NCBI RefSeq assembly: GCF_009914755.1
Contig: NC_060937.1
Length of the DNA stretch: 64,000 nt
Origin: the human T2T-CHM13v2.0 reference genome, Homo sapiens
Strand: one strand, 5' to 3'
How positions within the stretch are numbered: the first letter of the stretch is position 1; each line of letters opens with the position of its first letter. The position numbers and the translations under genes are program-made. Below are positions 49,301 to 63,800 of this stretch, piece by piece. The notes below the pieces were generated by a model that worked only from the letters and a program-made list of their open reading frames with translations, was not told the origin of the DNA and did no database searches.

Positions 49301-52300
49301 TCAAATATAGATTATATACTGTACATAAAATATCAAAGTACCCCAAATATATATTATATACTCTACATGAAATATCAAAGTTCACAAACTATATATTATA
49401 TACTGTACATAAAATATCAAAGTACCCAAGGTATATATTCTATACTGTACAAAAAATATCAAAGTACCCAAAGCATGTATTATATACTGTATATAAAATA
49501 TGAAAATACATTAAATATATATTTTATTCTGTACATAAAATATCAAAGTACACCAGATATATATTCTATAGTGTACATAAAATAACAAAGTACACAAACT
49601 ATAAATTATATACTGTACGTAAAATATGAAATTACATCAAATATATATTAGGTACATAAAATATGAAAGTACATCAAATATAGGTTATATATGTACATAT
49701 AATATCAGTGTACCCCAAATATATATTTTCTACTCTACATGAAATATCAAAGTTCACAAACCATACATTATATACTGTACATAAAATATCAAAGTACCCA
49801 AGGTATATATTCTATACTGTACAAAAAATATCAAAGTACCCAAAGCACATATTATTTACTGTACATAAAATATGAAAGTACATAAAATATATATTTTATT
49901 CTGTACATAATATATCAAAGTACACCAGATATATATTCTATAGTGTACATAAAATATCAAAGTACCCAAACTATACATTATATACTGTACATAAAATATG
50001 AAATTACATCAAATCTATATTAGGTACAAAAAATATGAAAGTACATCAAATATAGATTATATACTGTACATAAAATATCAAAGTACCCCAAATATATATT
50101 ATATACTCTACATGAAATATCAAAGTTCACAAACTATATATTATATACTGTACATAAAATATCAAAGTACCCAAGGTATATATTCTATACTGTGCAAAAA
50201 ATATCAAAGTACCCAAAGCATGTATTATATACTGTATATAAAATATGAAAGTACATCAAATACATATTTTATTCTGTACATTAAATATCAAAGTACAACA
50301 GATATATATTCTATAGTGTACATAAAATAACAAAGTACAAAAACTATAAATTATATACTGTACATAAAATATGAAATTACATCAAATATATATTAAGTAC
50401 ATAAAATATGAAAGTATATCGAATATAGATTATATACTGTACATAAAATATCAATGTACCCCAAATATATATTTTATACTCTACATGAAATATCAAAGTT
50501 CACAAACCATATATTATATACTGTACATAAAATATCAAAGTACCCAAGGTATATATTCTATACTATAAAAAAAATATCAAAGTACCCAAACTTTACATTA
50601 TATGCTATACATAAAATATGAGATTACATCAAATATATATTATATTAGGTACATAAAATATGAAAGTACATCAAATATAGATTATATACTGTACATAAAA
50701 TATCAAAGTACCCCAAATATATATTATATACTCTACATGAAATATGAAAGTTCACAAACTATATATTATATATTGTACATAAAATATCAAAGTACCCAAG
50801 GTATATATTCTATACTGTACAAGAAATATCAAAGTACCCAAAGCATGTATTATATACTGTATATAAAATATGAAAGTACATTAAATATATATTTTATTCT
50901 GTACATAAAATATCAAAGTACGCCAGATATATATTCTATAGTGTACATAAAATAACAAAGTACACAAACTATAAATTATATACTGTACATAAAATATGAA
51001 ATTACATCAAATATATATTAGGTACATAAAATATGAAAGTACATCAAATATAGATTATATACTGTACATATAATATCAATGTACCCCAAATATATATTTT
51101 ATACTCTACATGAAATATCAAAGTTCACAAACCATACATTATATAGTGTACATAAAATATCAAAGTACTCAAGATATGTATTCTATACTGTACAAAAAAT
51201 ATCAAAGTACCCAAAGCATGTATTATATACTGTACATAAAATATGAAAGTACATCAAATATATATTTTATTCTGTACATAAAATATCAAAGTACACCAGA
51301 TATATATTCTATAGTGTACATAAAATATCAAAGTACCCAAACTATATATTATATACTGTACATAAAATATGAAATTACATCAAATATATATTAGGTACAT
51401 AAAATATGAAAGTACATCAAATATAGATTATATACTGTACATAAAATAGCAAAGTACCCCAAATATATATTATATACTCTACATGAAATATCAAAGTTCA
51501 CAAACTATATATTATATACTGTACATAAAATATCAAAGTACCCAAGGTATATATTCTATACTGTACAAAAAATATCAAAGTACCCAAAGCAAGTATTATA
51601 TACTGTACATAAAATATGAAAGTACATCAAATATATATTTTCTTCTGTACATAAAATATCAAAGTACACCAGATATATATTCTATAGTGTACATAAAATA
51701 ACAAAGTACACAAACTATACATTATATACTGTACATAAAATATGAAATTACATCAAATATATATTAGGTACATAAAATATGAAAGTACATCAAATATAGA
51801 TTATATACTGTACATAAAATATCAAAGTACCCCAAATATATGTTATATACTCTACATGAAATATGAAAGTTCACAAACTATATATTATATACTGTACATA
51901 AAATATCAAAGTACCCAAGGTATATATTCTATACTGTGCAAAAAATATCAAAGTACCCAAAGCATGTATTATATACTGTATATAAAATATGAAAGTACAT
52001 CAAATATATATTTTATTCTGTACAAAAAATATCAAAGTACACCAGATATATATTCTATAGTGTACATAAAATAACAAAGTACAAAAACTATAAATTATAT
52101 ACTGTACATAAAATATGAAATTACATCAAATATATATTAAGTACGTAAAATATGAAAGTACATCAAATATAGATTATATACTGTACATAAAATATCAATG
52201 TACCCCAAATATATATTTTATACTCTACATGAAATATCAAAGTTCACAAACCATATATTATATACTGTACATAAAATATCAAAGTACCCAAGGTATATAT

Positions 52301-54609
52301 TCTATACTATACAAAAAATATCAAAGTACCCAAAACATGTATTATATACTGTACATAAAATATGAAAGTACATCAAATATATATTTTATTCTGTACATAA
52401 AATATCAAAGTACACCAGATATATATTCTATAGTGTACATAAAATATCAAAGTACCCAAACTATACATTATATGCTATACATAAAATATGAGATTACATC
52501 AAATATATATTATATTAGGTACATAAAATATGAAAGTACATCAAATATAGATTATATACTGTACATAAAATATCAAAGTACCCCAAATATATATTATATA
52601 CTCTACATGAAATATCAAAGTTCACAAACTATATATTATATACTGTACATAAAATATCAAAGTACCCAAGGTATATATTCTATACTGTACAAAAGATATC
52701 AAAGTACCCAAAGCATGTATTATATACTGTACATAAAATATGAAAGTACATCAAATATATATTTTATTCTGTACATAAAATATCAAAGTACACCAGATAT
52801 ATATTCTATAGAGTACATAAAATAACAAAGTACAAAAACTATAAATTATATACTGTACATAAAATATGAAATTACATCAAATACATATTAGGCACATAAA
52901 ATATGAAAGTACATCAAATATAGATTATATACTGTACATAAAATATCAATGTACCCCAAATATATATTTTATACTCTACATGAAATATCAAAGTTCACAA
53001 ACCATATCTTATATACTGTACATAAAATATCAATGTAACCAAGGTATATATTCTATACTGTACAAAAAATATCAAAGTACCCAAAGCATGTATTATATAC
53101 TGTACATAAAATATGAAAGTACATCAAATATATATTTTATTCTGTACATAAAATATCAAAGTACACCAGATATATATTCCATAGTGTACATAAAATATCA
53201 AAGTACCCAAACTATACATTATATACTGTACATAAAATATGAAATTACATCAAATATATTTTATATTAGGTACATAAAATATGAAAGTACATCAAATATA
53301 GATTATATACTGTAGATTACATACCAAAGTACCCCAAATATATATTTTATACTGTACATGAAATATCAAAGTTCACAAACTATATATTATATACTGTACA
53401 TGTAATATCAAAGTACCCGAGGTATATATTCTATACTGTACAAAAAATAACAAAGTCCCAAAAGCATGTATTATATACTGTACATAAAATATGAAAGCAC
53501 ATCAAATATATATTTTATTCTGTACATAAAATATCAAAGTACAGCAGATATATATTCTATAGAGTACATAAAATATCAAAGTACCCAAACTATACATTAT
53601 ATACTGTACATAAAATATGAAATTACATCAAATATATATTATATTAGGTACATAAAATATGAAAGTACATCAAATATAGATTATATACTGTACATTGAAT
53701 ACCAAAGTACCCCAAATATATATTTTATACTGTACATGAAATATCAAAGTTCACAAACTATATATTATATACTGTACATAAAATATCAAAGTACCCAAGG
53801 TATATATTCTATACTCTAAAAAAAATATCAAAGTACCCAAAGCATGTATTATATACTGTATATAAAATATGAAAGTACATTAAATATATATTTTATTCTG
53901 TACATAAAATATCAAAGTACACCAGATATATATTCTATAGTGTACATAAAATTACAAAGTACACAAACTATACACTATATACTGTACATAAAATATGAAA
54001 TTACATCAAATATATATTAGGTACATAAAATATGAAAGTACATCAAATATAGATTATATACTGTACATATAATATCAACGTACCCCAAATATATATTTTA
54101 TACTCTACATGAAATATCAAAGTTCACAAACCATACATTATATACTGTACATAAAATATCAAAGTACCCAAGGTATATATTCTATACTGTACAAAAAATA
54201 TCAAAGTACCCAAAGCATGTATTATATACTGTACATAAAATATGAAATTACATCAAATATATATTTTATTCTGTACTTAAAATATCAAAGTACACAAGAT
54301 ATATATTCTATAGTGTACATAAAATATCAAAGTACCCAAACTATACATTATATACTGTACATAAAATATGAAATTACATCAAATATATATTATATTAGGT
54401 ACATGAAATATGAAAGCACATCAAATATAGATTATATACTGTATATTAAATACCAAAGTACCCCAAATATATATTTTATACTGTACATGAAATATTAAAG
54501 TTCACACACTATATATTATATACTTTACATAAAATATCAAAGTACCCAACTTATATATTCTATACTGTACAAAAAACATCAAAGTACCCAAAGCATGTAT
54601 TATATACTG

Positions 54610-55230
54610 TACATAAAATATGAAAGTACATCAAATATATCTTTTATTCTGTACATAATATATCAAAGTACACCAGATATATATTCTATAGTGTACATAA
54701 AATAACAAAGTACAAAAACTATAAATTCTATACTGTACATAAAATATGAAATTACATCAAATACATATTAGGTACATAAAATATGAAAGTACATCAAATA
54801 TAGATTATATACTGTACATAAAATATCAATGTACCCCAAATATATATTTTATACTCTACATGAAATATCAAAGTTCACAAACCATATATTATATAGTGTA
54901 CATAAAATATCAAAGTACCCAAGGTGTATATTCTATACTATACAAAAAATATCAAAGTACCCAAAGCATGTATTATATACTGTACATAAAATATGAAAGT
55001 ACATCAAATATATATTTTATTCTGTACATAAAATATCAAAGTACACCAGATATATATTCTATAGTGTACATAAAATATCAAAATACCCAAACTATACATT
55101 ATATACTGTACATAAAATATGAGATTACATCAAATATATATTATATTAGGTACATAAAATATGAAAGTACATCAAATATAGATTATATACTGTACATAAA
55201 ATATCAAATACCCCAAATATATATTATATA
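54610..55230 (+). repeat. Segment duplicated 3,040 bp downstream (57650-58270)
   Basis: ORF 54746-55240 matches ORF 57786-58280. ATATCTTTTATTCTGTACATAATA, AATTCTATAC and the 1-bp deletion TCAAATACCCC are shared. Confidence 0.83.
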
Positions 55231-58200
55231 CTCTACATGAAATATCAAAGTTCACAAACTATATATTATATACTGTACATAAAATATCAAAGTACCCAAG
55301 GTATATATTCTATAATGTAGAAAAAATATCAAAGTACCCAAAGCGTGTATTTTATACTGTATATAAAATATGAAATTACATCAAATATATATTTTATTCT
55401 GTACATAAAATATCAAAGTACACCAGATATATATTCTATAGTGTACATAAAATATCAAAGTACCGAAACTATACATTATATACTGTACATAAAATATGAA
55501 ATTACATAAAATATATATTATATTAGGTACATAAAATACGAAAGTACATCAAATATAGATTATATACTGTACATTAAATACCAAAGTACCCCAAATATAT
55601 ATTTTATACTGTACATGAAATATCAAAGTTCACAAACTATATATTATATACTGTACATAAAATATCAAAGTACCCAAGGTATATATTCTATACTGTACAA
55701 AAAATATCAAAGTACCCAAAGCATGTATTATATACTGTACATAAAATATGAAAGTACATTAAATATATATTTTATTCTGTACATAAAATATCAAAGTACA
55801 CCAGATATATATTCTATAGTGTACATAAAATAACAAAGTACACAAACTATAAATTATATACTGTACATAAAATATGAAATTACATCAAATATATATTAGG
55901 TACATAAAATATGAAAGTACATCAAATATAGATTATATACTGTACATATAATATCAATGTACCCCAAATATATATTTTATACTCTACATGAAATATCAAA
56001 GTTCACAAACCATACATTATATACTGTACATAAAATATCAAAGTACCCAAGGTATGTATTCTATACTGTACAAAAAATATCAAAGTACCCAAAGCATGTA
56101 TTATATACTGTACATAAAATATGAAAGTACATCAAATATATATTTTATTCTGTACATAAAATATCAAAGTACACCAGATATATATTCTATAGTGTACATA
56201 AAATATCAAAGTACCCAAACTATACATTATATACTGTACATAAAATATGAAATTACATCAAATATATATTAGGTACATAAAATATGAAAGTACATCAAAT
56301 ATAGATTATATACTGTACATAAAATATCAAAGTACCCCAAATATATATTATATACTCTACATGAAATATCAAAGTTCACACACTATATATTATATACTGT
56401 ACATAAAATATCAAAGTACCCAAGGTATATATTCTATACTGTACAAAAAATATCAAAGTACCCAAAGCATGTATTATATACTGTACATAAAATATGAAAG
56501 TACATCAAATATATATTTTATTCTGTACATAAAATATCAAAGTACACCAGATATATATTCTATAGTGTACATAAAATAACAAAGTACACAAACTATAAAT
56601 TCTATACTGTACATAATATATGAAATTACATCAAATATATATTAGGTACATAAAATATGAAAGTACATCAAATATAGATTATATACTGTACATAAAATAT
56701 CAATGTACCCCAAATATATATTTTATACTCTACATGAAATATCAAAGTTCAGAAACCATATATTGTATACTGTACATAAAATATCAAAGTACCCAAGGTA
56801 TGTATTCTATACTGTACAAAAAATATCAAAGTACCCAAGGTATATATTCTATACTGTACAAAAGATATCAAAGTACCCAAAGCATGTATTATATACTGTA
56901 CATAAAATATGAAAGTACATCAAATATATATTTTATTGTGTACATAAAATATCAAAGTACACCAGATATATATTCTATAGTGTACATAAAATATCAAAGT
57001 ACCCACACTATTTATTATATACTGTACATAAAATATGAAATTACATCAAATATATATTATATTAGGTACATAAAATATGAAAGTACATCAAATATAGATT
57101 ATATACTGTACATTAAATACCAAAGTACCCCAAATATATATTTTATACTGTACATAAAAAATCAAAGTTCACAAACTATATATTATATACTGTACATAAA
57201 ATATCAAAGTACCCAAGGTATATATTCTATACTGTACAAAAAATATCAAAGTACCCAAAGCATGTATTATATACTGGACATAAAATATGAAAGTACATCA
57301 AATATATATTTTATTCTGTACATAAAATATCAAAGTACACCAGATATATATTCTATAGTGTACATAAAATAACAAAGTACCCAAACTATACATTATATAC
57401 TGTACATAAAATATGAAATTACATCATATATATATTAGGTACATAAAATATGAAAGTACATCAAATATAGATTATATACTGTACATAAAATATCAAAGTA
57501 CCCCAAATATATATTATATACTCTACATGAAATATCAAAGTTCACAAACTATATATTATATACTGTGCCTAAAATATAAAAGTACCCAAGGTATATATTC
57601 TATACTGTACAAAAAATATCAAAGTACCCAAAGCATGTATTATATACTGTACATAAAATATGAAAGTACATCAAATATATCTTTTATTCTGTACATAATA
57701 TATCAAAGTACACCAGATATATATTCTATAGTGTATATAAAATAACAAAGTACAAAAACTATAAATTCTATACTGTACATAAAATATGAAATTACATCAA
57801 ATACATATTAGGTACATAAAATATGAAAGTACATCAAATATAGATTATATACTGTACATAAAATATCAATGTACCCCAAATATATATTTTATACTCTACA
57901 TGAAATATCAAAGTTCACAAACCATATATTATATACTGTACATAAAATATCAAAGTACCCAAGGTATATATTCTATACTATACAAAAAATATCAAAGTAC
58001 CCAAAGCATGTATTATATACTGTACATAAAATATGAAAGTACATCAAATATATATTTTATTCTGTACATAAAATATCAAAGTACACCAGATATATATTCT
58101 ATAGTGTACATAAAATATCAAAATACCCAAACTATACATTATATACTGTACATAAAATATGAGATTACATCAAATATATATTATATTAGGTACATAAAAT

Positions 58201-58559
58201 ATGAAAGTACATCAAATATAGATTATATACTGTACATAAAATATCAAATACCCCAAATATATATTATATACTCTACATGAAATATCAAAGTTCACAAACC
58301 ATATCTTATATACTGTACATAAAATATCAATGTAACCAAGGTATATATTCTATACTGTACAAAAAATATCAAAGTACCCAAAGCATGTATTATATACTGT
58401 ACATAAAATATGAAAGTACATCAAATATATATTTTATTCTGTACATAAAATATCAAAGTACACCAGATATATATTCCATAGTGTACATAAAATATCAAAG
58501 TACCCAAACTATACAGTATATACTGTACATAAAATATGAAATTACATCAAATATATATT

Positions 58560-61500
58560 AGGTACATAAAATATGAAAGTACATCAAATATAGATTATAT
58601 ACTGTACATAAAATATCAAAGTACCCCAAATATATATTATATACTCTACAGGAAATATCAAAGTTCACACACTATATATTATATACTGTACATAAAATAT
58701 CAAAATACCCAAGGTATATATTCTATACTGTACAAAAAATATCAAAGTACCCAAAGAATGTATTATATACTGTATGTAAAATATGAAAGTACATCAAATA
58801 TATATTTTATTCTGTACATAAAATATCAAAGTACACCAGATATATATTCTATAGTGTACATAAAATAACAAAGTACACAAACTATAAATTATATACTGTA
58901 CATAAAATATGAAATTACATCAAATATATATTAGGTACATAAAATATGAAAGTACATCAAATATAGATTATATACTGTACATAAAATATCAAAGTACCCC
59001 AAATATGTATTATATACTGTACATGAAATATCAAAGTTCACACACTATATATTATATACTGTACATAAAATATCAAAGTACCCAAGGTATATATTCTATA
59101 CTGTACAAAAAATATCAAAGTACCCAAAGCACGTATTATATACTGTACATAAAATATGAAAGTACATCAAATATATATTTTATTCTGTACATAAAATATC
59201 AAAGTACACCAGATATATATTCTATAGTGTACATAAAATAACAAAGTACACAAACTATAAATTATATACTGTACATAAAATATGAAATTACATCAAATAT
59301 ATATTAGGTACATAAAATATGAAAGTACATCAAATATAGATTATATACTGTACATAAAATATCAAAGTACCCCATATATTATATACTGTACATGAAATAT
59401 CAAAGTTCACAAACTATATATTATATACTGTACATAAAATATCAAAGTACCCAAGGTATATATTCTATACTGTACAAAAAATATCAAAGTACTCAAAGCA
59501 CGTATTATATACTGTACATAAAATATGAAAGTACATCAATTATAGATTTTATTCTGTACATAAAATATCAAAGTACACCAGATATATATTCTATAGTGTA
59601 CATAAAATATCAAAGTACCCAAACTATACATTATATACTGTACATAAAATATGAAATTACATCAAATTTATATTAGGTACATAAAATATGAAAGTACAAC
59701 AAATATAGATTATATACTGTACATAAAATATCAAAGTACCCCAAATCTATATTTTATACTGTACATGAAATATCAAAGTTCACAAACTATATATTATATA
59801 CTGTACATAAAATACCAAAGTACCCAAGGTATATATTCTATACTGTACAAAAAATAACAAAGTACCAAAAGCATGTATTATATACTGTACCTAAAATATG
59901 AAAGTACATCAAATATATATTTTATTCTGTACATAAAATATCAAAGTACACCAGATATATATTCTATAGTGTACATAAAATATCAAAGTACCCAAACTAT
60001 ACATTATATACTGTACATAAAATATGAAATTACATCAAATATATATTATATTAGGTACATAAAATATGAAAGTACATCAAATATAGATTATATACTGTAT
60101 ATAAAATATCAAAGTACCCCAAATATATATTTTATACTCTACATGAAATATCAAAGTTCACAAACCATATATTATATACTGTACCTAAAATATCAAAGTA
60201 CCCAAGGTATATATTCTATAGTGTACAAAAAATATCAAAGTACCCAAAGCATGTATTATATACTGTACATAAAATATGAAAGTACACCAAATATATATTT
60301 TATTCTGTACATAAAATATCAAAGTACACCAGATATATATTCTATAGTGTACATAAAATATCAAAGTACCCAATCTATACATTATATACTGTACATAAAA
60401 TATGAAATTACATCAAATATATACTAGATACATAAAATATGAAAGTACATCAAATATAGATTATATACTGTACATAAAATATCAATGTACAACAAATATA
60501 TATTTTATACTCTACATGAAATATCAAAGTTCACAAACTACATATTATATAATGTACATAAAATATCAAAGTACCCAAGGTATATATTGTATACTGTACA
60601 AAAAATATCAAAGTACCCAAAGCATGTATTATATAGTGTACATAAAATATGAAAGTACATCAAATATATATTTTATTCTGTACATAATATAACAAAGTAC
60701 ACCAGATATATATTCTATAGTGTACATAAAATATCAAAGTACCCAAACTATACATTATATACTGTACATAAAATATGAAATTACATCAAATATATATTAT
60801 ATTAGGTACATAAAATATGAAAGTATATCAAATATAGATTATATACTGTATATTAAATACCAAAGTATCCCAAATATATATTTTATACTGTACATGAAAT
60901 ATCAAAGTTCACAAACTATATATTATATAATGTACATAAAATATCAAAATACCCAAGTTATATATTCTATACTGTACAAAAAATATCAAAGTACCCAAAG
61001 CATGTATTATAAACTGTACATAAAATATGAAAGTATATCAAATATATATTTTATTCTGTACATAAAATATCAAAGTACACCAGATATATATTCCATAGTG
61101 TACATAAAATATCAAACTACCCAAACTATACATTATATACTGTACATAAAATATGAAATTACATCAAATATATATTATATTAGGTTCATAAAATATGAAA
61201 GTACATCAAATATAGATTATATACTGTACATTAAATACCAAAGTACCCCAAATATATATTTTATACTGTACATGAAATATCAAAGTTCACACACTATATA
61301 TTATATACTGTACATAAAATATCAAAGTACCCAAGGCATATATTCTATACTGTACAAAAAATATCAAAGTACCCAAAGCGTGTATTATAAACTGTACATA
61401 AAATATGAAAGTACATCAAATATATATTTTATTCTGTACATAAAATATCAAAGTACACCAGATATATATTCTATAGTGTATATAAAATATCAAAGTACCC

Positions 61501-63800
61501 AAACTATACATTATATACTGTACATAAAATATGAAATTACATCAAATATATATTATATTAGGTACATACAATATGAAAGTACATCAAATATAGATTATAT
61601 ACTGTACATTAAATACCCAAGTACCCCAAATATATATTTTATACTGTACATGTAATATCAAATTTCACAAACTATATATTATATACTGTACATAAAATAT
61701 CAAAGTACCCAAGGTATATATTCTATACTGTAGAAAAAATATCAAAGTACCCAAAGCATGTATTATAAACTGTACATAAAATATGAAAGTACATCAACTA
61801 TATATTTTATTCTGTACATAAAATATCAAAGTACACCAGATATATATTCTATAGTGTACATAAAATATCAAAGTACCCAAACTATACATTATATACTGTA
61901 CATAAAATATGAAATTACATCAAATATATACTATGTTAGGGACATAAAATATGAAAGTACATCAAATATAGATTATATACTGTACATAAAATATCAAAGT
62001 ACCCAAATATATATTATATACTCTACAGGAAATATCAAAGTTCACACACTATATATTATATACTGTACTTAAAATATCAAAGTACCCAAGGTATATATTC
62101 TATACTGTACAAAAAATATCAAAGTACCCAAAGCATGTATTATATACTGTATGTAAAATATGAAATTACATCAAATATATATTTTATTCTGTACATAAAA
62201 TATCAAAGTACACCAGATATATATTCTATAGTGTACATAAAATAACAAAGTACACAAACTATAAATTATATACTGTACATAAAATATGAAATTACATCAA
62301 ATATATATTAGGTACATAAAATATGAAAGTACATCAAATATAGATTATATACTGTACATAAAATATCAATGTACCCCAAATATATATTATATACTCTACA
62401 GGAAATATCAAAGTTCACAAACCATATATTATATACTGTACAAAAAATATCAAAGTACCCAAGGTATATATTCTATACTGTACAAAAAATATCAAAGTAC
62501 CCAAAGCATGTATTATATACTGTATATAAAATATGAAAGTACATCAAATATATATTTTATTCTGTACATAAAATATCAAAGTACACCAGATATATATTCT
62601 ATAGTGTACATAAAATAACAAAGTACACAAACTATAAATTATATACTGTACATAAAATATGAAATTACATCAAATATATATTAGGTACATAAAATATGAA
62701 AGTACATCAAATATAGATTATATACTGTACATAAAATATCAAAGTAACCCAAATATATATTATATACTGTACATGAAATATCAAAGTTCACAAACTATAT
62801 ATTATATACTGTACATAAAATATCAAAGTACCCCAGGTATATATTCTATACTATACATAAAATATGAAAGAACATCAAATATATATTTTATTCTGTACAT
62901 AAAATATCAAAGTACACCAGATATATATTCTATAGTGTACAAAAAATATCAAAGTACCCAAACTATACATTATATACTGTACATAAAATATGAAATTACA
63001 TCAAATATATATTAGGTACATACAATATGAAAGTACATCAAATATAGATTATATACTGTACATAAAATATCAAAGTACCCCAAATATATATTATATACTG
63101 TATATGAAATGTCAAAGTTCACAAACTATATATTATATACTGTACATAAAATATCAAAGTACCCAAGGTATATATTCTATACTGTACAAAAAATATCAAA
63201 GTACCCAAAGCATGTATTATATACTGTACATAAAATATGAAAGTACATCAAATATATATTTTATTCTGTACATAAAATATCAAAGTACACCAGATATATA
63301 TTCTATAGTGTACATAAAACATCAAAGAACCCAAACTATACATTATATACTGTACATAAAATATGAAATTACATCAAATATATATTATATTAGGTACATA
63401 AAATATGAAAGTACATCAAATATAGATTATATACTGTACATTAAATACCAAAGTACCCCAAATATATATTTTATACTGTACATGAAATATCAAAGTTCAC
63501 AAACTATATATTATATACTGTACATATAATATCAAAGTACCCAAGGTATATATTCTATACTGTACAAAAAATAACAAAGTACCAAAAGCATGTATTATAT
63601 ACTGTACCTAAAATATGAAAGTACATCAAATATATATTTTATTCTGTACATTAAATATCAAAGTACACCAGATATATATTCTATAGTGTACATAAAATAA
63701 CAAAGTATACAAACTATAAATTATATACTGTACATAAAATATGAAATTACATCAAATATATATTAGGTACATAAAATATGAAAGTACATCAAATATAGAT
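58560..63800 (+). repeat. Copy 2 of the block, with 1,134 bp (3 x 378) extra near 60,700-61,900
   Basis: The offset rises from 13,354 to 14,488. A 331-bp 8-mer HOR and markers CAAAGAATG, AGCACGT, TACTAGATAC and ACATCAAAGAAC are shared with copy 1. Confidence 0.88.

Noticed and set aside
20507-60382. Short minus-strand ORFs suggesting inversions or antisense genes
   Set aside because: The + strand sequence keeps the same orientation at those positions; the ORFs arise from chance loss of stop codons.
437-63529. More than 100 ORFs encoding Y/I/K-rich repeat proteins
   Set aside because: They are translations of the satellite. Stops and frameshifts are scattered freely, no domain is recognisable, and the ORF boundaries simply follow HOR variants.
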